A DNA stretch of 64,000 bases from Antedon mediterranea (taxonomy: Eukaryota; Animalia; Echinodermata). The stretch lies in assembly GCF_964355755.1 (NCBI RefSeq), contig NC_092670.1:11952795-12016794 (forward strand), in the 5' to 3' direction. Below, one piece after another: positions 13,752 to 26,800 of this stretch. A model generated the notes under the pieces. The model searched no databases. It was not told the DNA's origin and saw only the letters and a program-made list of their open reading frames with translations. Every line of letters starts with the position of its first letter. The first letter of the stretch is position 1. A program made the position numbers and the translations under genes.

Positions 13752-15174
13752 ATAACATGGGTACAGTGTTCGAGCCACAGCGGCGCCGAAAACACCGCCA
13801 TTGCACACAGACGATATGTTGCGTCCTCGCCAAAATCTTGATTATAGATTGTAGGCCTTTGTGTTTAATTAATACCGGTACATTATCTGACGACCTAAAA
13901 TGTTTACTTTCGCTGTCTCTCGAAATTCACTGTTGGTACAATAATGTATTAGTGATCCTGAAATTAATTCATGTGTATCATGATATATAAATAAGACAAC
14001 CCTATTTGAATATAATAAACTGGTTATATCTTTATTCGAATTGTGGCCTATAAAACAATCTAATTTACTAATAGTAGGTATATTGTAGTAAAAAAAATAA
14101 ATATCAATTTATTAGGAATGTTTCTATATTATTTATAAAATAAATAATTGATTTTCATAGGCCTACTAAATGTATAAGGAAAATTTACATCGTAATAAAA
14201 TGTGAAATTTGTATCGTTAATTGTTCGAATACAGTAACAGTATGTAATGGGCCTATCGTAATAGTTTTACTGTTGTTATATACAACGTACATCTTTTGAA
14301 AAGTATTTGATAAAGTCTATTGTTCACACATTTTGAAATACAGTTACTTGTTCTTTACATTGTCTAGACAAGATGCATGATGGGATTATGACGTACACTA
14401 ATACTGTAGTATGCAAATAGGCCTACAATAGGATAAACGAATTGTCGAAATTCGAGGTTAATGCATTCGGGAAGAAATGTTAGGCCTATGTTGTTTATTT
14501 ATCGGTATAAAAATTAATTATACAAAAAGTTAATAAAAAATGTTGAACAATTTACAGATTTACATAAATATAATTATTACTATAATACTATTATTTACAG
14601 TAGGCCTATAATTAGTTATTGTACATAATAAGATTATATTATACCAAACAGCATAAAAACCCGCGTAAAATATACTGAAAATGATTGAGCGGCTTCCAAA
14701 AGTGATTGTAAAATTGAAAATTGATTTTATACGAAGGCATAGGCCTGATACCAGTAAGATTCAAATTATCATACGCTGATTATAAGAAATTACTTATAAA
14801 TAATTATACATGGTAAATTATTCAAGGCGAGTGTACTAATGAAAGTTTTTCGCCTAAGTGACGAATCTTCCAATAAAAGAACAACTCTTATAGAATAACT
14901 TTTAATTGCGCAGAACAAGCTTAAGAAAACAAAGTATCATGGTTATATTAATAACAGTGAAAGTACCGTATGGTCACGTCAGATAATTCTAAAAACATTT
15001 GAAGAATCTTCTTTTCCTTGAATAATGTTCCAAAGAGTCTACAGTACATATAACGAACTTGAAGCACTGTAGCCTATTCGCACCACATGATTGTAAAACA
15101 TCACGAGCAATGTTCATCTCTTGTAACGGTTTGCATGAAATAAAACCTAACCATCTTCCCCTGATCTTTTTCCA

Positions 15175-15921
15175 TCATTGAAAAGCTATTAGACATACAA
15201 CGACTATCGCCACAATCACTAGAATCGTGCCTAAGAACAAAGTGATAATAAATGCATTCCTTCGAAAATGTTTCACTTCTCTCGATTCTGGTTGTACTCT
15301 TGGTTTGACTTTTGTAACAACAACAGCTTTCTTTGTAGTACCAAAACTGTCTTCCTCTTTCCAGGTCTGATGCCGTGTGAGAGCACTAAACGTTGGTTTC
15401 CGTGTCGGGGTTGGGGTGGTGGTTGTCGTCGTAGTTGTTCCATCAATTACCTTCTTACTGATTAATTTGATTCCAGAAGATTCACCAGTTTCGTTCTCTA
15501 CGAATGCAACTGGTAAGGTTTCAACGTCAATTCCTGCTGGAGCGGATATCAACTCTCGTCTCTTTGGAGCAGTATTTTCCTCCGAGTCGCTTTTCGTGGT
15601 GACGTCTCTTCCAACAGAACCTCTTGAGTTGCCACCACTACGTGCAGCACTTGTGTCTTTACTCTTCTGCTTGCCAGAACTAGTTTCTGGTTTTGCCATC
15701 TCGTGAGCAAAAGGCTCATCATATGGATTTACCTTCACCACTGTCTTTTCAGAAGATTGCTCACTTTTCTTTTTCTTTGAGTTCTGTGATTTGTTTGAAA
15801 CTTTTTGTTTAGAGCCTTTTGTTTTCAATTGTTCACCAGGAAGACCTTGTACAACGTTGGAATCATGGTAAATATGTTCCTTCATGTTATAATTATCTCC
15901 CGGTTCTTTCGGGTCCCTCAT
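15175..15921 (-). CDS. Uncharacterised 248-aa K/S/T/E-rich protein with a single C-terminal transmembrane helix
   Basis: Long, GC-elevated ORF in AT-rich DNA. The ATG directly follows a tttttag acceptor. Ends RRNAFIITLFLGTILVIVAIVVVCLIAFQ*. A candidate non-coding first exon ends near 18975 (aag|gtatgt). Confidence 0.8.
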   Translation of the reverse strand: MRDPKEPGDNYNMKEHIYHDSNVVQGLPGEQLKTKGSKQKVSNKSQNSKKKKSEQSSEKTVVKVNPYDEPFAHEMAKPETSSGKQKSKDTSAARSGGNSRGSVGRDVTTKSDSEENTAPKRRELISAPAGIDVETLPVAFVENETGESSGIKLISKKVIDGTTTTTTTTPTPTRKPTFSALTRHQTWKEEDSFGTTKKAVVVTKVKPRVQPESREVKHFRRNAFIITLFLGTILVIVAIVVVCLIAFQ

Positions 15922-17406
15922 CTAAAAAGAAGACAACATCAAATATTATAGAAATTTTCTATTATTGTAGCATCTCAATAATTAACGATTTATTATAATA
16001 ACATATATAAAGAGTGTTTCAGGGTAAGTCAGATATCCGAACAAAACTTATAATGCCCACTTAACAGTCATATATGAACCTAAAGGGAGAAACTGCCTGA
16101 AATGTCCTATTTATAATGCTATAGAATCTACCCTAATGCAATGCATTATTTTTTGTATAGTCAAACTAGAGTATCAATAGAAAACTATTCCAATCTAGAA
16201 TGTTCTTTAGTTTTAAAAGGTTGCAATTGTTTCCCTATTGAAAAAAAAAATTGAAAATGTTCCGCGCAACCAGAAATGTTGAGTCAGCCCGAGCCTGTCT
16301 GGTATTGGATATATTATATACAGTATAGATATACACAAATATGTAAAGTATTTATTCGTATTTAGATTGTATCTTTCCAATGGACTGATCACAATGACCA
16401 GAAGGTTTAACTTTATTTCATTGGAGTGTTGGACGTTTTCATTGGTAAATAAGGTTAGCAGTCATCTGTAAAGTGCTATTTCAAAATTATAAAAGTCAAT
16501 ATTTCATCTACTAGGAGTCTATAACTTTCGATTTGCAGGACCTAGGACGGGCGCATATTGTTGGCCGTTCGCCTGGACAGAGAGGAATCCGCCAAACTGT
16601 GTCGAGGAATCGAATTAGGAAGCGGGTCCCAACGTCCCCACATGATGTAACCATGACTCTTCCCTGATATGTAACTAACTCAACGGTTCCTATATGTCGT
16701 CGCAAATTAATCTTTAATAAAAGTGTTTGTAATTAACAACGCTTATCTTATCATGTGTTATCTTGAATAAGATCACGGTATTATAAAGCTTAGTTTCCAT
16801 TGAAGCAAGGAGACATACTATACGCGCAACAATTGACCAACAAGAGACAATCAGAACCAAACTTTAAATGTGTTTCAACAATAAACCACAAGCACATTCT
16901 TTGACATATCATTTTAGAAAAGAATGTAATGTACTATAGAGTTAACCTTCGTAAAAGTGCTTAACCTTTCAGTTATACTCACAGAACCTACTATTTATCC
17001 CAATATTGTGACGTCATTTTATGATATTGTACAACAAATAATCCACCCAACAGAAATACAGTACTATTACAGTTATTATTAATCTACCGTGTAAGCAGCT
17101 GCGAACAATAGAGGTTGGAACAAAGATACTTGGGACACTTCTGATTTTAAAACGTTGTTATTGTATTTCTATCAAACTGTTTTTGCATAACCATTTCGAC
17201 CTAAAATATATTCGATGCATTTATACATTTTAAAAAAAGAATTTTATATTGGCTGTTTAGAAATGTCAACGGACCATTCTTGGTTCTCTCTCGTTTATTA
17301 TTTTTAGGTGGCTATTAGAAAACCCAATGAATTTCTTTTGTTTGTATTTGTATGGACAATTTGTTTGAAATAAACTGAGTCAGTGAGTACTGCACCAATA
17401 TGGTTT

Positions 17407-17654
17407 TTAAAGATGTATTGTCCCCAAAGAACATGAAAAATAAAGATTACAATAAATGAGATTTTGAATAGGCTATTTTTAATAAAGTTAATCATTTCCG
17501 CAGAAAAAACACGAATGTTTTCACCTATAACGAAAAGAAACGGTTACATTTTTGGTCAAAGTGGATGGAACTCAAATGAAACATCAAAATAGCATATTTA
17601 ACAAAGACATTAGGGAAAACACCTTTTTTTAAGGTGAGAAAATTTAATCTTTAA
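17407..17654. mobile_element. Kolobok-like MITE family B copy
   Basis: ttaaagatgtattgtcccc...atctttaa. Related copies lie at about 26500-26905, 40400-40675 and 51073-52002. Confidence 0.6.
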
Positions 17655-18164
17655 GTTGGTTCCTACTCGACAGAGTTGGCGATAATTTGTCCATGAAATC
17701 CAGGTAAGTCTGAATGCCATACCACTCGACTGTAACACTATTTTCTACGACGTAATACAAAATTAATTATTTCGTAAAATTATGAGGATTAAAATACGCG
17801 AAATAGATCAAAACACTAGAAAATATGGACTTAAAATAATATGCCTATAGGTAAATGAGATAAAGTATAATATTCATTTGAATTCATTTTTAAAAGTTTC
17901 AACAATGGAGATATGTTTGAAAACAAGCTTGACAAGCATTAATATCATAAGTTAATTATATTACTTCCTGTCAATTTTCTTGTACCGGTTATAAGTTACC
18001 CATCCATTATTTGTGGAAACGTCATAAAAAATAATTATTTGAATACAGAATGACTGATTTCCATTATGTAGCCTACCGTAGGCCTACACTAAATTCTAAT
18101 TCGAAGGAAAATAATAAACACATACCACTTACAAAAAAAGAAAGAATTTTATAAAGTTCGAAAA

Positions 18165-18805
18165 AATGGTGATAATAAAGGTGATGATGACGATGGAGTA
18201 TAGTTGGAAAGACGACGATGTTGATGGTGAGGATGAGGAAGGTCGTGTAGATGATGGTATGTTACGGAAGTGATGGTAATAATGACCATGGAGGCAGTGG
18301 TAGACGGTATGTTGATGGCGAGGATGAGGAAAGTCGCAGTGATGATAGTAGTTGATAGTGGTGATGATGACAATGAAGGCAGTTAATTTGTGTAGACGGT
18401 AGATATTGATGGAGAGGATGAGGATGAGGAATGTCGGTGATAATAGTAGTTACAGTAGTAGTGATGGTACTGATGATGAAGGCAGTGGTGAAGGTACATA
18501 TTATGTTAATGGCAAGGATGAGGAAGGTCGTAGTGATGATGGTAGTTGATAGTGGTAACGATAATGATGACGATGGTAGTGGTGAAGACGGTACATGATT
18601 TGGTAACGGCGAAGACTGCGAAGTCGTGAAATGACGATAGAACCGTGGTTTATAATGAAGGTAGTAAGGTAGTGCTGGTGATGGTATTGGTGAAGACGAT
18701 GAACGTCGTAATGATGGTAGTGATGTCCATGGTGAGGATGATCAGGGAAGAGTAACATTACCCTTCCCTGTAGGATGATGACGACATTCGGGGTGACGAC
18801 GACAC
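18165..18805. repeat. Degenerate GAT/GGT/GAC trinucleotide low-complexity tract
   Basis: Runs of gatgatggtagtggtgaagacg-type units. Stops occur in most frames. Confidence 0.85.
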
Positions 18806-20837
18806 ACTGGAACCCAACACAACACCCATTTCCTCGTCAACCCAGTATGATCTTTGTATTACGTTAAAATATTTATAAAGGAAATGATCAATGAATATCA
18901 CTATCAATTCATACGGTATAATTACTTAGATAACTATATATATTTTAAGTATGTAAACAAGATCACTACATACCTTGCTGCTTTTTCTGAGGCGATCCAA
19001 TAATTATTCACTAAACGATCGGACCGTTGACATTTTATTCACACACTCGTTATTTCTTGTGTAAATCGCTCTCCTCGCGTTACGCTCGAATTCCTTCTGT
19101 CAATTAGGGTTTCTTTACATAATTTCAATAACAATAGACGTGTACATTGTCTTGCTAGAGTGACTAACGTAGGTATATTTTTTATTTAGCATGACGACAA
19201 ATTCTATAGAAAGTAGAAACGCCTTTGTAGGTTGTAGAATGTCCTCCAATTTGAAACCCACTCATTATACCTTTAGGGCACGTACCGGTACCGACTCTAA
19301 CTAGTTTGACAAAAAAAAGTACGATGTGTCCAAATGTGGTAGTGATATGCACAAATATGATAGTGATATGACATTTTCATATATGGGCACATCACATTTT
19401 TGTTGTCACATATAGTTTGATAGTGTGGTTACTCTTAATTGTGAGGTGGATCAAACACCTAACATGTGGATGTTAGAGGACAAAATATGTTTTATCAGTG
19501 AAAAGTTTTAAAATTTGTATAGTAAAATAATAAATAAACCCAAACAAGATAGGTTTGTCGTCGACTCCCGTCCACTGAGATAACCATGGCCGTCTGTCAA
19601 CAACATTTAAAAAAATAAAAATAAAAAAAAAATTAATTCCATTTTTTAAAATGTTTATTATTTTTTTTATTATAATTATTAAACCGGTTTAATAGGGGTT
19701 TTCTGGGGCTATCCTGGCCAAATTCGTTATAACTGTCTGAAAGTTCTTTAAAAAACTTGTACTTTCATTTATATAATCTTACCCCTTTCACTCTCATTTT
19801 TTTGTAATCGTGTTTCTCATATATTTTCTTGTATTTCTTGCAATACATAGTTGAATGAATGACAATGGAAAATGCTGTTAGAAAATACTTGCTAGTTACA
19901 ATCGTGCTTTTAAACTATAGTACCTCTATCAATACAGTAGTAGGCCTACATGCATTTGGAAAAGTGTTTCCGTATTTAATATACATTATAAACAATGTTT
20001 ATTTTAGCAATATTTTATGATGGTGGTTCATCCAGCCGAAGTTTATCATTAGGGACTCTAGATGCTGACAAAATAAATTTAATTCTTATCTTACAGAACA
20101 GATAAAAAGTGACTACTCTTTGCAGTTGGCTTATCATGCCGTTATTTACTCTTTTAGAGGGCGACATCTTAATTGCCTCTACATAACCTGTATTAAGTAA
20201 TACATGATCAATGCCAGTTGCATGTACAAGTTACGTTTTCCATAAAACAAGCAATGAGAAGTTACATCACTATTTAAACTGAGTAAGACACACTTTAATT
20301 CAAAATAACATTATAAAAATAAGCAATTGGCGCGTAGGACAAACTATCACATCAGAACAAGGTAAATATTTCCACCTTATTTTCAAAATCCGGTCCTTTG
20401 GTATTGGTCCTTCGCTACACTCTACCAAAAAAACTGTTTAGCAATCTTATTATCGTTTTTGTGGGTCTGTCAAGGTTTTTGTTTTTATTACAATTTGAGC
20501 AGTAAAACAATACCGGTTTTCAACACTACATAAATGAAATATTCGCGGTGTTAACTCATTGTGACATATTTCCGGTACCATTCTCTAGAGGAAAGTGAAA
20601 AATGGTATTTCAGATTTTTTTCTTGAACCAATAACGTACAATAGTAGGTCTACTTTTAAGAATAATCTTATTCCAAACATTCGTCACACTTGTTACTGGT
20701 TAAAGTCGCATGTAAGCTTTGACCAATTCAAAACACATTTAAGTAGACTAAGCCTTGATTTATTTACCCTGTTTATTTTATCTATGCACTTAACCATCAA
20801 ACTAGGGGATGTGAGAAGACCGATAGACAAGAAGTTG

Positions 20838-23800
20838 TTAATCTTTCTTGGTTCGGCCAGTGAAATGGTCCATGCAGGCATCGGTGCCATAGAACCGAAA
20901 CATACGACTCTTAGCAGTATCTGGTAAAAGGCTAAAAGAAAAAACAAAACAGAATTTATTATTAACCTGACTAGAAGATACCGTAGGCATACAATACAGT
21001 TATGATTTAGAATGACGATCTATGACGTAACAACACCCAATGACGTCAATAATGTTATAATAGTGATCGTGAACATGATAATAATACACGTTGTAGGCCT
21101 AATTATCTCCCCGCACTCCTAGCGTAAGATTTGAAGGGAAAATGGCTTATGTATACCCAACAACTGGCGTACTTACTCTCTCAACTTCACCAAAAGTCTA
21201 ATAACAGCAGGAATGTAAACATTCTTCTCGTTCGTCAGAATACCTCTCATGATCTTATTCACTGCAACCTCTGGTTCTACGATCGGCATAATACTTGGAA
21301 ACCTATAATGACAGAGAAAAATAAGATAAATCAGGCATTCAAGAAGGAAATAAACTTGTAAAATGCACAGATCGAGAGAGGGCGGGCTATTGAATATTTT
21401 GGCCCATATTGAAGATAGACAACTCGAGATTTTTTACATACTGTTGTGACGTTTCAATATCGATTTGTTGTTTCTCTTAGTGCTGAAAGCTTATTTAAAC
21501 ATTCTAAAACGTTTTTTTTAAATATTTTTATAGTTTTTTACAGTTTTAAGGGCTAAAATCTCCACCTGTTACATGATGGTGCTCTTGTGTTGTACAGTAT
21601 TCTGATCCGACACAAGATCAGTGAATTATGCTTATACACGAATATATAGTTGTGTGTAAGACTGAACTAGTGTTGCCTGTGCGAAAGTGTATTCATCACG
21701 TTGAAATACTAGGCTGGTAAACTAAGTTTAAAGAGGAATTTTACTGTAGGGGAATTATGATTTGCATGTCATAACAGACTCGTATACCTTGTTTTAACCC
21801 CGTCAAACATTCCAGTGTTAATGAAGAATGGACAGACGACAGTTGTGTGAACGCCCCTGAGGCCCATAAACATCAGTTCAAAGCGTAAAGACTCGTCTAA
21901 ACCCACGGCAGCAAATTTACTTGCGCAGTAGTCGATCAGTCCTTTCGTGCCAAAAAGTCCGGCAGAGCTGGCGATTGTTACAATATGGCCATGGTTTCGT
22001 TCTATCATACTTGGTAAAAATGATTTAATTGTCTAAAAGAAACAAATATATCAGTTAAGTTAGGTAAAAACACTTTGCGTCATAGATCAAATTAAAAAGT
22101 ATGCAACCATCGGAACACATTAAAATCATTTAGTGTGACTACGAGCTACTTACCTTATTTCGTTACTCTATCATTATACACTATCTATATACAAGCGAAG
22201 GTTATCTTCCTTAAAACTATATCAATTTGTTTCCAAGTTTATGATATAAAATTGGTGTAAATATTTTTGTCAATTGGCTCAATGCTTTTGTATGGCAGTT
22301 GGAATGTCAATGAGGAGACATTTTTAATGCATTAAAATATATGGTCTCGGCCAGACCCAGTGGGCACAGAACATAATTTCAACGTTGAATCAACGTTGAA
22401 ATATAGTTTATTTGTTGAAATCATGTTGTCAGCGTTTTTCAAATGTTGAATCAACGTTGAAATAACATTTTTTCCCTAACTATTTTTTTTACGTTTAGTA
22501 ATAAACATTGAATCAACGTTGAAATAACATTTTCTTTTTAACTAGTAATTTATGTTAATTAATAAATGTTGGTTTAACGTTGAAATAACATTGTCTTTCT
22601 AACAAATGTTTTACGTTAATTTATCAATGTTGATCCAACGTTGAAATAACATTGTTTTTAAAACAAATGTTTTACGTTAATTTATAAATGTTGATTCAAC
22701 GTTGAAATAACATTGTATTTTTAACTAGAAATTTACGTTAATTTATCAATGTTGATCCAACGTTAAAATAACATTGTCCTTCTAACTAGTAATTTACGTT
22801 AATTTATCAATGTTGATTTAACGTTGAAATAACATTGTCTTTCTAACTAGTAATTTACGTTAATTTGTCAATGTTGATCCAACGTTGAAATAACATTGTA
22901 TTTTTAACTAGAAATTTACGTTAATTTATCAATGTTGATCCAACGTTAAAATCACATTGTATTTTTAACTCGAAATTTACGTTAATTTATCAATGTTGAT
23001 CCAAAGTTGAAAAAACATTGTATTTTTAACTAGTAATTTACGTTAATTTATCAATGTTGATCCAACGTTGAAATAACATTGTATTTTTAACTAGTAATTT
23101 ACGTTAATTTATCAATGTTGATCCAACGTTGAAATAACAATGTATTTTAAACTAGAAATTTACGTTAATTTATTAATGTTGATCCAACGTTGAAATAACA
23201 TTGTATTTTTAACTAGAAATTTACGTTACTTTATGAATGTTAATCCAACGTTGAAATAACATTGTCTTTTTAACTAGTAATTTAAGTTAATTTATCATTG
23301 TTGATCCAACGTTGAAATAACATTGTCTTTCTAACTAGTAATTTACGTTAATTTATCAATGTTGATCCAACGTTAAAATCACATAGTATTTTTAACTAGA
23401 AATTTACGTTAATTTATCAATGTTGATCCAACGTTGAAATAACATTGTATTTTTAACTAGTAATTTACGTTAATTTATCAATGTTGATCCAACGTTAAAA
23501 TCACATAGTATTTTTAACTAGAAATTTACGTTAATTTATCAATGTTGATCCAACGTTGAAATAACATTGTATTTTAACTAGTAATTTACGTTAATTTATC
23601 AATGTTGATCCAACCTTGAAATAACATTGTATTTTTAATTAATAATTTACGTTAATTTATCAATGTTGATCCAACGTTGAAATAACATTGTATTTTTAAC
23701 TAGAAATTTACGTGAATTTATTAATGTTGATCCAACGTTGAAATAACATTGTATTTTTAACTAGAAATTTACGTTAATTTATTAATGTTGATCCAACGTT

Positions 23801-26800
23801 GAAATAACATTGTCTTTCTAACTAGTAATTTACGTTAATTTATCAATGTTGATACAACGTTGAAATAACATTGTCTTTATATCTAGAAATTTACGTTAAT
23901 TTATCAATGTTGATCCAACGTTGAAATAACATTGTATTTTTAACAAGAAATTTACATTAATTTATCAATGTTGATCCAACGTTGCAATAACATTGTATTT
24001 TTAACTAGAAATTTACGTTAATTTATCAATGTTGATCCAACGTTGAAATAACATTGTCTTTCTAACTAGTAATTTACGTTAATTTATCAATGTTGATCCA
24101 ACGTTGAAATAACATTGTATTTCTAACTAGTAATTTTTTTCAAACAGTTATTATTTTTGTTTTTCAATGTTATTCCAACGTTATTTTAACGTTGAAATCC
24201 AGTTGTCATTTTCAAATGACATGTTTTCAACGTTGAAAAACTCTTGAAATTATGTTGTTTTTTCAAACAATTATTATTTTTTTTTTCAATGTTAATTAAA
24301 CGTTAAATTAAAGATAAATTCTATTTAATACTTTGGTTAAAATGACATGTTTTTAACGTTTAATATTAAATAATTGTTTAAGTGCATTGCCATTGATGTT
24401 TCAACGTTAAATTAACATTAGATTTCAGTTGGCGGTTTATTTTATCATCCTTTATTGTAAAACAAATGATTATTGGTTATTTAGGAATTTTAGATTGGCA
24501 AATTGTCTCTGTATAATACAAAAATGTTCTAAGAAGTTGTTGAAAATTGAATGATCCTTTCATGCAAGATCAAATTTCATAAGATACGTGCTTGTCATTG
24601 GTTAGTTTCGTTTTGATAAAATTTTGAAACTGGTGTCAGTAATTTCAGTTACTTCGACATAGGCTAGGCCTACAGTAGTAGTGGTGTGTAGAAAAAAAAG
24701 GCTCATCATTGAAATTGTCAAATAAGTATGTTTTGAGGTAGGAAAACAATCTTTTTTATTTGTAATCTACTAATTTATAAGCTTTGAGCTTGACTATTTT
24801 ACCCTTATCAAACAATAGCTAGCCTCTAGTCTAGGCCACACATGCATAGCTAGGCTATAGCCTGGTAGGCTAGGCCTAGGCCTATATAGGCTAGGCTAGT
24901 AGGCTAGGCAGGCTGCCAAACTGATGAACTGAATTCACTCACTAGGCCTAGTGGAAGCATTTAGTATTATGCATGTCAAGTGCAAACATTTGCCTTGCCA
25001 AGGATAACTACAGTTCTGTACTTTATGGTTATAAAATGGTATGTATTAGGCCTAGGCTAGGCCTTTTAGTTCAATAATACTTTCTTTATTTATCCAAAAG
25101 TATACATAAATATAACATTATAATATTTAATTAGTTGGCCTAGCCTAGCTAGCTTTCTGCTAGGCTGTCTACAGTAGCTGCTAATGCTATTATTAGTGTT
25201 AATAGTATACAAACACATGTTGCTTGCCTAGCCTAGGACGGCTATTTGTTAAACTTACTCGCTTTCTTTATTTCAGATTGTAGGCCTAGCTAAGGCCCTT
25301 AGGCCTATGCCTAGCTAGAGTACAAAATAATGAAGTACATGTAGGCCTATAATCTTTTCTATGTGAATCAAACGAGAAAAATCTAATGGATGATCAATAT
25401 TTTTATATACAAAAGGTTGGTATTTATAGTTCTTAACTTTAATATTGAATTGAATAAATATTACGCCGTGGTTAGGATTCCGGCACCGCAACTCAACTTC
25501 CCATCGTTAGGGAATCCGACACGCTATTGCGCATGCCCAGAGCGAAGTAATTATAGCTTGCACTAGTGCCACAGACCGCGCACCACATTACCCGAGAGTC
25601 GGAGTGTTAACTAGGGATGTACTGTGTAGCCAAAGATATCTTTGCTGTGGCCTAGTTAGTCGTCGCGCGGGGGAGAGAGCGATGGATGAAACTTGGCCTA
25701 GGCCATACATGAATTAATAATTATGCCACGCGTTAAAATAATTATTATGATATTGATAAGAATCAGCTTGCATATTTCAAGAAATGTACGAAAATGAATA
25801 GCGTAGCGTTGCGACACCGACTTCTCCCGAATAGGTCTGTTTTATTTTTTCACATCCGCACGGCGGCTGCTGTCAACAAATCAACTTGTATACGATTGCA
25901 TGATGTTATGTACAGTATAAATGCGTTATATGAAATCTTTTATTTTGTACTTGAAAAATCATAAAAATTAAAACTAGTCATGCAATTATAATTCATAAAT
26001 ATATAAAGTTTATATATGAATGAAGCAAATTTAATTACGAAATAAATAGGCCCAATGGTCACATCTAGCTGGTAGGCCTACTAGTATTAGTAGGCATGTA
26101 GGCCGCTAGTTCGCCGTGGCGCAGCTATTAAAATGATCCATCGCTGTAAAGCTTGGTTCCCACTAGAACGTAACGCAAGGACGTAAACGCAACGCAAGCG
26201 TTTTAACCAATGACAAGCGAAGTTATAGACAGTTAGCAATCACAAGCGAATAAGCCATCGCTTGTGATTGGTCAATTTACTTGCGTTGCGTTACGTCCTT
26301 GTGTTGCGTCGCTAGTGGGAACCACGCTTTGGTCTGTTGTAGACAAAAATAGAGTCGCCGAATACCTCGCTCTGGGCATGCGAAATAGCGTGTAGGATTC
26401 CCTAACGCTGGGCAGTTGAGTTTCGTTGCCGGAATCCTAACCACGGCGTAAATATTAATACAGTGTTGCAATATTATTTACATAAATTGAATTGATTGCA
26501 TAGTTTACGAGTAAGTGTGAAATGATGTTCTGAATTGAATTTTTGTTTATGTACAGTATGATTTTTGAACAATGTGTTAAAGATATAATTGAACTGAACA
26601 ATTTTTTTTTAAATGTTTTGTTGAATATGCCGTCACTATAGAGTTGTTCACTTTGACCAAAAATTAGATTTTAAAAAATGCATTTGTACCTTAAAAGGTG
26701 GACAATTTAAACAAACAATTGGTTTTTGGTTAAATGTACTGTTTATTTTGTATTTTTGTTAAGTGAAATCTTTATTGTTTTTGTTTATTTTCTACGGCAA

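Noticed and set aside
18149-18758. His-rich ORFs
   Set aside because: Translations of a degenerate trinucleotide tract, with no splice or homology support.
22440-24135. CRISPR-like array (palindromic repeat with a variable part)
   Set aside because: The whole 61-bp unit is repeated with only point variants, and it lies inside a TIR element.
25631-25644. caaagatatctttg as a sixth P-like footprint
   Set aside because: Only 14 bp, and the flanks match 5/7. Could be chance.
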